A DNA stretch of 64,000 nucleotides from a virus, in IMG/VR virus record IMGVR_UViG_3300044856_000343, positions 4,194 through 68,193 of that record. One strand, 5' to 3'. How positions within the stretch are numbered: position 1 is the first letter of the stretch; each line of letters begins with the position of its first letter. The notes under the pieces were generated by a model that worked only from the letters and a program-made list of their open reading frames with translations, did no database searches and was not told the DNA's origin. Positions 1-6,282 of this stretch are shown here, one piece after another. The position numbers were made by a program, and so were the translations under genes.

Positions 1-485
1 CCAAGATCATATAATCCTGTATATATTTTCTTAGGAATATCTGGGACCATTAGCAAATCAATTTTATTATCATCGCATTTGTAATAAGCAAGATCATTAG
101 TCAGATTGCTTATTTTATTATTAAGAACATCTTTCTGATCTTCAACCCATTTATGTAATCCAATAAGAATTGGATTTGGACTTACTACAATAATAAATTT
201 GCATTTTATAATAAATTCTAATACTCTACTAGAAGATATATTCATATCTTTAGCAATCTCCTTAGTATTTTTCTTTTCTTTATAGTAATCCAAAAATACT
301 CTTTTAACTCTGCCACTATTTGTGCTGTACTTTTTATCTTCAATTAAATATAAAATAGTAGTCTCCAAATCATATGGAACTTCATTGTTGAACAAGTATT
401 CTTTGCATTCTTCTTCAGTATCATAGTTATATGCATCCATTAATGCATTAATAGGAAATGTTGCTGTTGCTATTGATTTCTTCAT
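1..485 (-). CDS. Partial CDS (runs off window): sigma70 region-4-like HTH protein with C-terminal RNAP alpha-CTD-like HhH segment
   Basis: Not in ORF track; translated by hand from ATG at 485 (SD AAGGAG): MKKSIATATF...YYKEKKNTKEIAKDMNISSSRVLEFI...KIDLLMVPDIPKKIYTGLYDLG. Frame is open to base 1. Confidence 0.55.
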   Translation of the reverse strand, partial: MKKSIATATFPINALMDAYNYDTEEECKEYLFNNEVPYDLETTILYLIEDKKYSTNSGRVKRVFLDYYKEKKNTKEIAKDMNISSSRVLEFIIKCKFIIVVSPNPILIGLHKWVEDQKDVLNNKISNLTNDLAYYKCDDNKIDLLMVPDIPKKIYTGLYDL

Positions 486-526
486 GTTTTCTCTCCTTAT
501 CTTATCTTTTCTAAAGAAACAGTTAT

Positions 527-691
527 TTACTCATCGATATCATTTGGATATACTATAACACCATGCTTTCCATTTATTTCCATCTCATAGCAATATACAT
601 TATCTGTTTCTTTTCCATCTACCATTTCATATATAACTTTTTCGATAGTACCAATAACACCACCATAAGTCCTTACCCTTACTTCATCCAT
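527..691 (-). CDS. Small hypothetical protein (54 aa)
   Basis: Hand-translated MDEVRVRTYGGVIGTIEKVIYEM...PNDIDE*; GGAG SD; co-oriented with the small-gene cluster. Confidence 0.65.
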   Translation of the reverse strand: MDEVRVRTYGGVIGTIEKVIYEMVDGKETDNVYCYEMEINGKHGVIVYPNDIDE

Positions 692-724
692 TTCTCCAAA
701 TTACATATCTGTTTCTCCTTATTC

Positions 725-913
725 TTAAAAGTCTATATAATGACATGGAACTTGAATCTTATCTCCATGCTCTGTAGTAATCTCCAATACACCCCATTCA
801 TCTGATTTCACATTTTTATCCCTAATGCTGTTACTTATTGAAAATAAATCTTCAACATCAATCCACGTAACCAACAATATACCCAGTACTTCTAAATACA
901 CATAATTCTCCAA
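725..913 (-). CDS. Small hypothetical protein
   Basis: ORF track; part of a tightly packed minus-strand cluster. Confidence 0.6.
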   Translation of the reverse strand: MENYVYLEVLGILLVTWIDVEDLFSISNSIRDKNVKSDEWGVLEITTEHGDKIQVPCHYIDF

Positions 914-980
914 CTTGTGTTTTCTTTAAGCAAAATTCTTTAACTGTCATATATTTCTCCTTTCCAAAAGAAATGTAAAT

Positions 981-1193
981 TTAGTCTATTTTTACTTCAT
1001 ATATTTTCCAATCAATATTGCATGAATCACTCTGGATGCTAGCATCATATTTATCAATGGATACTTCATCTCCATTTTCTGCTAAATTCTCATATCTTCT
1101 TTCCATTTCGTCATAGGCTTCTACATAAGAATCATATGTGTCTGGTTCATTTATATTTTGATTTTCAACCTCTATTAAAATCCATTTACTCAT
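981..1193 (-). CDS. Small acidic hypothetical protein
   Basis: ORF track; AAAGG SD. Confidence 0.7.
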   Translation of the reverse strand: MSKWILIEVENQNINEPDTYDSYVEAYDEMERRYENLAENGDEVSIDKYDASIQSDSCNIDWKIYEVKID

Positions 1194-1223
1194 TTCTCTT
1201 ACCTTTCTTATAAAATATTAGTT

Positions 1224-1385
1224 TTACTTTCGTCCTATTAAATGTAATGCTTTATCATAATCATTTTCATCGAAAACTACAATATCGGTATTATCTCCTG
1301 ACATATCATCTGGACACCATTCAATGTCACTTGATTCCATAATGTCAATTTCTCTTTTTGTAAGATTTTCAATAATATATTCCAT
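1224..1385 (-). CDS. Small hypothetical protein (53 aa)
   Basis: Hand-translated MEYIIENLTKREIDIMESSDIEWCPDD...LIGRK*; start overlaps the stop of the upstream gene. Confidence 0.65.
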   Translation of the reverse strand: MEYIIENLTKREIDIMESSDIEWCPDDMSGDNTDIVVFDENDYDKALHLIGRK

Positions 1386-1681
1386 TATTCATCCTTCTCT
1401 TTCTTAACCTCTTTTTTAGCACTTATTACAATATCCTCCATATTAATTTCATCTGAATCTTCATATATAATTTGATCATATAGCTTTTCTATTATTCTAT
1501 TCATAATAGCTCTATCATCTTTAGAGGTAAATGTACATATTGATATAGATTTTCCTGACGACAATGTAATTACTAAAGATATTTTATTAGTTGCATCTAA
1601 TGCTCCAATTATTGATGATATATGATCAACATTTAATACTACATGTCCTTTTGAAGATTTTAATAACACCAAATTATTCAT
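1385..1681 (-). CDS. Hypothetical protein (98 aa)
   Basis: ORF track; AAGGAG SD. Confidence 0.75.
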   Translation of the reverse strand: MNNLVLLKSSKGHVVLNVDHISSIIGALDATNKISLVITLSSGKSISICTFTSKDDRAIMNRIIEKLYDQIIYEDSDEINMEDIVISAKKEVKKEKDE

Positions 1682-1703
1682 TTTTATTTCTCCTTATCTT
1701 TCT

Positions 1704-1850
1704 TTATTCACTATCATAAAACACCATTGGTATTTCAAAATCCATATCAAAGTTATGCGTTCTAATCCACTCATGGGCTTCCTCACTCGTTTTAAAACCT
1801 CTCTTTACTTTTTGTTCTCCATCAATATCTAACCATTCAACTCTATACAT
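1704..1850 (-). CDS. Small hypothetical protein (48 aa)
   Basis: Hand-translated MYRVEWLDIDGEQKVKRGFKTSEEAHEWIRTHNF...YDSE*; AAAGGAG SD; first gene after an early-type promoter. Confidence 0.7.
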   Translation of the reverse strand: MYRVEWLDIDGEQKVKRGFKTSEEAHEWIRTHNFDMDFEIPMVFYDSE

Positions 1851-1887
1851 GTTTTATCTACTCCTTTCTTTATATTATTATTACAAA

Positions 1888-1902
1888 TATAGTATATAAT
1901 CA
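1888..1902 (-). promoter_or_regulatory. Early-type phage promoter (TGATTATATACTATA)
   Basis: The identical 15-mer recurs at 57726-57740; both copies lie upstream of minus-strand clusters of hypothetical genes. Confidence 0.6.
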
Positions 1903-1912
1903 TTATAATGAT

Positions 1913-2323
1913 TTAGGTAAAAAAGCTAGCTCTTCTCATACTCATTCATTTGCATCTATTACAAATAAACCTACTAACTTAACAGGATATGGAATTGCAG
2001 ATGCAACTAAAGCATTATTAGCTGAAAAATTTGAATATGGACATGCTATAACTTATACATATTATAATTCTAATCCTATAGATCTAAAACCTAAATCTGA
2101 TACAAATTCAGTAATAGGTGCTCCTTATAAGAAAGGATGGACAAGAGTGATTTGTAATATGTATACTAATTCACAATATGCATTTATTACATATATGGAT
2201 ATGAGTAGTAAACCTGACAGAATTACAATTACTATTACAAATACTTCTAGTTCAGTTGTTCAAATAGAATATTTTATCGGTATACTATATATAAAAGATA
2301 CCATAATTAAAGAGCAAAATTAA
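1913..2323 (+). pseudogene. Start-less tail-fibre C-terminal fragment
   Basis: Open frame LGKKASSSHTHSFASITNKPTNLTGYGIADA...QN* (136 codons) carries the HTH/KPTxLxGYGIxDA fibre repeat. No in-frame ATG/GTG/TTG or SD back to the stop at 1793-1795. Confidence 0.65.
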
Positions 2324-2328
2324 ATATT

Positions 2329-2356
2329 TCTCTTAGGGATTTAAATCCCTAAGAGA
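2329..2356. terminator. Bidirectional terminator (perfect 28-bp palindrome)
   Basis: TCTCTTAGGGATTTAAATCCCTAAGAGA between convergent ORFs. Confidence 0.8.
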
Positions 2357-2371
2357 TTTTATATTTATAAA

Positions 2372-3004
2372 TTAATATCTAGGGAAATAATTCCTATGAG
2401 ATTCTACAAATTCAGATGATAATTTTTGATATCTAGAAATTTCTCTCCAATCAAGACGGTCATTTAATTTATGTCCATTATATCCTGGAAATAGTTTAAG
2501 TAAATTTTCATTTTTAAAATCATTATCTTGTATTGATTTTACAACTGCATGTACATGTACATCATCCCATTTATTAAATGAGAATAGTCCAGATGTAATA
2601 AATATAATATCATCTATAAAATCTTCTGGTAAATGAGAATAATGACAAACATAGCTTAAGCAACATAATGAAATACCAAATTTTTCAAATACAATTACTC
2701 TAAAAGCTATATCTTCTAGCTCCTCTGGATTAGTAGAAAATTTAGCCCAATCTTTTACATTATTCGCTAATGCTTTTAATTTATCTATTCGATATTTATT
2801 TTTTAAAGTCTTACTATCAGTAATCTCATAATGCTCTTTTCTGGCTTTTATTAAAGCTTTTAATTTATCTCGTCTAAAAGAATCTAAATCTTCAATTGTA
2901 TTTAATTCTTTAATATATTCCTCTAAGCCCTGATCCAAAAATAAATCTAATTTTTCATAGAATTTCTTTCTACTAAATCTCCATGTTTTTCCTTCTTGTT
3001 TCAT
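2372..3004 (-). CDS. Hypothetical protein with degenerate LDWxxISxYQxLSxEF repeats
   Basis: C-terminal LDWREISRYQKLSSEFV and internal HLPEDFI resemble a repeat common in large phages. Confidence 0.6.
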   Translation of the reverse strand: MKQEGKTWRFSRKKFYEKLDLFLDQGLEEYIKELNTIEDLDSFRRDKLKALIKARKEHYEITDSKTLKNKYRIDKLKALANNVKDWAKFSTNPEELEDIAFRVIVFEKFGISLCCLSYVCHYSHLPEDFIDDIIFITSGLFSFNKWDDVHVHAVVKSIQDNDFKNENLLKLFPGYNGHKLNDRLDWREISRYQKLSSEFVESHRNYFPRY

Positions 3005-3020
3005 TTTGCCACATTCTCCA

Positions 3021-3242
3021 TTATATTTTTGATAAGTCTATACATGCAAGTGAAGCTGATACAGATTCTACAATTTTATTAAATGCTTTATCTCTCTCAG
3101 ATTCATTTGCATATTCTCCAAATATTTCATTATTTATCATAATTACTAATTTTCCATTTCGACCACATTTTTCAAAAGATTCTATTCTAGCACCTTTTGT
3201 ATAGTCTTTATTTATGATATAAGTTTCACCAAGCATATACAA
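3021..3242 (-). CDS. Hypothetical protein
   Basis: ORF track; AAGGAG SD. Confidence 0.7.
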   Translation of the reverse strand: MYMLGETYIINKDYTKGARIESFEKCGRNGKLVIMINNEIFGEYANESERDKAFNKIVESVSASLACIDLSKI

Positions 3243-3249
3243 TCTCCTT

Positions 3250-3546
3250 TTACAATGTTATTTTAGTTTGTATATCTGGATATTTATTTTTCTCAACCAT
3301 ATGATATCTATATTCTAAAACAAGATCATCACATATATCCTGATATGCTAATATTTTAAATACTGGATCATTAATTCCTAATGTTTTTCCTTTAAACTTC
3401 TCATAATCATCTTCTTTAATTGTATAAATAATTGTATACCAAGGATCATCTGTAGTTTTTTGTGTTCTTACACAAACAAAATTAATATCGTTATATGATA
3501 TCACATCTCCAACGTCTATATCATTTATATCTTCAATTTGACTCAT
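3250..3546 (-). CDS. Hypothetical protein
   Basis: Start moved to MSQIED (AAAGGAG SD). Confidence 0.7.
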   Translation of the reverse strand: MSQIEDINDIDVGDVISYNDINFVCVRTQKTTDDPWYTIIYTIKEDDYEKFKGKTLGINDPVFKILAYQDICDDLVLEYRYHMVEKNKYPDIQTKITL

Positions 3547-3656
3547 AATATATTCTCCTTTCATATCTATATACATTACTAATTCGTTAATAAAATCGTA
3601 GTTATCAACCAGTTCAACTTTATAGTAATTTAAAAATAATATAAGGAGGAAATTAA

Positions 3657-4289
3657 ATGTCTTTATATGGAATTGATTTTTTAAATGAAAAATCTGATGA
3701 AATAGTATCTACAGCAAATAGACGTATCGAAGATATATTTGGATATAGATCTCCAAATGGTAGTTATAATGCTTTGGTAAAGATTACTGGAATAGATGGA
3801 TTGTTACGTGGAAGATCTGAAATGCTAGTATTAGATGAAACAAATACAAAGGTATTTTTAGATCTTCATAAAGACGGATCTTACAAAATTTCTGGTGGAT
3901 CTTGGAACGAAAATGAAGATTATATGGCTGCTGCTATTAGAGAAACTCAAGAAGAAATGAGAATCAATGTAAAAGATATTGTATATGCTGGTGGATATAT
4001 TACTTATTATAGTAATATAAATGGTCAACATAATATTCCGAAGCAATATAGATGGATTGGTACTTATACTCAATTATATATTGGAACAGAAAATGGTACC
4101 TATACTAAACCTATTGCTAAAAAAGATCAAGATGATATTTATTGGAAAGGAAAATATTATGATATTCATGAAGTATATAACTATTTAAACAAATATCATA
4201 AACATGCAATAAATATTATTCGTAGACGTAATAAAGAATTGGAGGACAATTATGGGTCAAATTATAACAGAAACAACTTTTTTATCTGA
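3657..4289 (+). CDS. Nudix hydrolase
   Basis: Nudix box GGSWNENEDYMAAAIRETQEEMRI (GX5EX7REUXEE); AAGGAGG SD. Confidence 0.85.
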   Translation: MSLYGIDFLNEKSDEIVSTANRRIEDIFGYRSPNGSYNALVKITGIDGLLRGRSEMLVLDETNTKVFLDLHKDGSYKISGGSWNENEDYMAAAIRETQEEMRINVKDIVYAGGYITYYSNINGQHNIPKQYRWIGTYTQLYIGTENGTYTKPIAKKDQDDIYWKGKYYDIHEVYNYLNKYHKHAINIIRRRNKELEDNYGSNYNRNNFFI

Positions 4290-4860
4290 TGAATTTGATA
4301 ATTTGGAAAAAACAAAGAAAGATGAAGAATATCTTGAATATATTAAAGATCATATTTTAAACGTAAAAAGATCATTCGTTAATTATATGATTCCTCTATT
4401 AAAGAAAAATAATATTTCTTCTATGATATCTGATGAAGATTTAAAAGCAGCAATTATAAAAGCCGCCGAGTCTGTTCAGCATCATGATGATTCTAAATTC
4501 GGAGATGATGAATTTGATGGATATAGAGCAAGATGGTATCCAACTCAAAAAGAGAAAAATGGTGATCAAGAGTATCAAGATTTAGTAAAAGCTGAATATG
4601 ATAAAGCCTGGGAGCATCATTATACTGTAAATGGTCATCATCCAATGCATTGGGTAGATCCTACAACTAAGATCGCTAAAGATATGACTTTAGATGCTAT
4701 TATAGAGATGCTTTGTGACTGGGAGGGAATGTCATTGAAGTTCGGTACATCCACACTAAGTTGGTATGAAAAAGATGCTAAAGATGAAAAAGCAGCGCTT
4801 TCACCAAATACAAAAGCAATTGTAGAAGAATTGTTATACAATGTATTACATTGCTCTTAA
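4252..4860 (+). CDS. HD-superfamily phosphohydrolase (DUF5662-like)
   Basis: Motifs H(ILNV), HHDDSKF, WEHHYTVNGHHPMHW, IIEMLCDW; GGAGG SD. Confidence 0.75.
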   Translation: MGQIITETTFLSDEFDNLEKTKKDEEYLEYIKDHILNVKRSFVNYMIPLLKKNNISSMISDEDLKAAIIKAAESVQHHDDSKFGDDEFDGYRARWYPTQKEKNGDQEYQDLVKAEYDKAWEHHYTVNGHHPMHWVDPTTKIAKDMTLDAIIEMLCDWEGMSLKFGTSTLSWYEKDAKDEKAALSPNTKAIVEELLYNVLHCS

Positions 4861-4883
4861 TATGTATACTTTCATATTTTAAT

Positions 4884-4896
4884 CATATATTATAAA
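4884..4896 (+). promoter_or_regulatory. Early-type phage promoter (CATATATTATAAA)
   Basis: The same 13-mer occurs at 25018 and 26567, always intergenic and upstream of a gene. Confidence 0.6.
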
Positions 4897-4905
4897 AGTG
4901 ATAAG

Positions 4906-4935
4906 AATAGAGATAGATGAAAATCTATCTCTATT
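4906..4935 (+). promoter_or_regulatory. 13-bp stem with GAAA tetraloop (leader hairpin or terminator)
   Basis: AATAGAGATAGAT-GAAA-ATCTATCTCTATT followed by T residues. Confidence 0.6.
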
Positions 4936-4960
4936 TTAATTTACTTAAGGAGGTTAAAAG

Positions 4961-5128
4961 ATGAAAGATTTTAATATAATAGATGGGATAATTGATGTCT
5001 CATCTATTATATCATCTATAGGAACTATAGATAGTATAGGAATATGTCCTATAGATGATCACCAAACAATTGGAATACAGTTACTTGATATAATTAATCA
5101 ATTTACTGCATTCCCTATCAATAATTAA
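4961..5128 (+). CDS. Small hypothetical protein (55 aa)
   Basis: Hand-translated MKDFNIIDGIIDVSSIISSIGTIDSIGICPIDD...; AAGGAGG SD; has its own promoter and terminator. Confidence 0.65.
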   Translation: MKDFNIIDGIIDVSSIISSIGTIDSIGICPIDDHQTIGIQLLDIINQFTAFPINN

Positions 5129-5135
5129 ATATATG

Positions 5136-5161
5136 CCACTGAGGTGATAAAACCTCAGTGG
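5136..5161. terminator. Bidirectional terminator
   Basis: CCACTGAGGT-N6-ACCTCAGTGG between convergent genes. Confidence 0.75.
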
Positions 5162-5174
5162 TAATAAAAAAGAA

Positions 5175-5717
5175 TTATTTTTTTTTATTTTTTCCCTGGA
5201 ATTTAGCAGGATTAGAATTATTATTCTGGTGATTATTAGATACATTATTTGTATTCTTATCATCTGATTTTACTTCTTCTGCCTTTTTCTCTTCCACTTG
5301 TCCTGCTGGTTTACTTTCATCCGTAGTATTAGCTACAGGATCAGATTCAGCTTTTTTCTCTTCGTTTACAACAACTGTATCAACAGGTGTTGTTTCTTTT
5401 TTGCCAGGCTCAGGCTGTTTAACTTCCTCATGTTTAGTTACAGTCTGTTGACCTGCAGAAGATTGTGCGATCAAAAATTGTTTGTACTCATCTTCGTTCA
5501 TATGCTTCTCATTATGAAGACGTTCTACATTTGCTGTATTTACACGAGCAATATCAGAACTTGAGAACCGTCTGTAGACGGTTCCCAGTCTGATACATTT
5601 CTTTACATCTTCAAGAGTAAGATATAAACTTTTTGGAGCACGAATTACATCTACAGATTCAAGTCCTTTTATAATTCTCTTAGGATGAACACTGTAAAGA
5701 TAAGATTTTGCTTCCAT
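5175..5717 (-). CDS. Hypothetical protein with low-complexity C-terminus
   Basis: Start moved to MEAKSY (AAAGGAG SD). Confidence 0.8.
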   Translation of the reverse strand: MEAKSYLYSVHPKRIIKGLESVDVIRAPKSLYLTLEDVKKCIRLGTVYRRFSSSDIARVNTANVERLHNEKHMNEDEYKQFLIAQSSAGQQTVTKHEEVKQPEPGKKETTPVDTVVVNEEKKAESDPVANTTDESKPAGQVEEKKAEEVKSDDKNTNNVSNNHQNNNSNPAKFQGKNKKK

Positions 5718-5736
5718 CAAGTTTTCTCCTTTTCTC

Positions 5737-6282
5737 TTATTTATCAATTCCATCGATAGCCATATCAATCAACTCATCATCACCGTAATCATAACTTAAG
5801 TTACTCTCACCAGCATCACCTGAGTTTGCAACGGCATCAATGTCATTGTCGTCCTGCTCTTCATCTGCTCCAGCGATCTCTGCACCTGTAGCATCTTCTA
5901 ATTCAAGAGATTCATACACTGATCTAGCAGCATCTGGACCAATATTATTTACAGATCCATTTACCTGCACATCATTAGGAACTACCTGAGCAGATCCATC
6001 TGGTACGTTTCCAAGAATAGAATCTAATGCTGAGTCAAGATCTCCATTTGCAGATTCATAAGCCATACCAACTACGTGAGTAGATTTACCTTCCACTTCA
6101 TCAGTAGAGTGTTTAATCTTACCTAATCTCTCTCCGCAGTCACAAGTATCAGCAACGTGGTCTTTTCCATCGTTTCCTCTGAATGCATTGCCAACTATAT
6201 GGGTCTTATTACCCTCTACATCAGCTGTGGAATGCTTAACTTTTCCAGACCGTTCGTCTGCATCAGAGGCATCTAAAAAGGG
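5737..6282 (-). CDS. -1 frame extension (181 aa) of the 6273-8609 protein
   Basis: Frame is open from CCC TTT TTA at 6282 to the stop at 5737, bounded upstream by TGA. No ATG or SD before the track's GTG at 6096. Encodes two GK(V/I)KHSTxxVEGxxTH(I/V)VG repeats. Confidence 0.75.
   Translation of the reverse strand, partial: PFLDASDADERSGKVKHSTADVEGNKTHIVGNAFRGNDGKDHVADTCDCGERLGKIKHSTDEVEGKSTHVVGMAYESANGDLDSALDSILGNVPDGSAQVVPNDVQVNGSVNNIGPDAARSVYESLELEDATGAEIAGADEEQDDNDIDAVANSGDAGESNLSYDYGDDELIDMAIDGIDK

Noticed and set aside
541-560. TATACTATA on the plus strand as a promoter
   Set aside because: It lies inside the 527-691 minus-strand CDS with no credible plus-strand gene downstream.
5737-6096. 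Track ORF starting at GTG 6096 as an independent gene
   Set aside because: No SD, the start falls inside a repeat, and the frame is open 186 nt further up to the slippery site; better explained as a frameshift extension.
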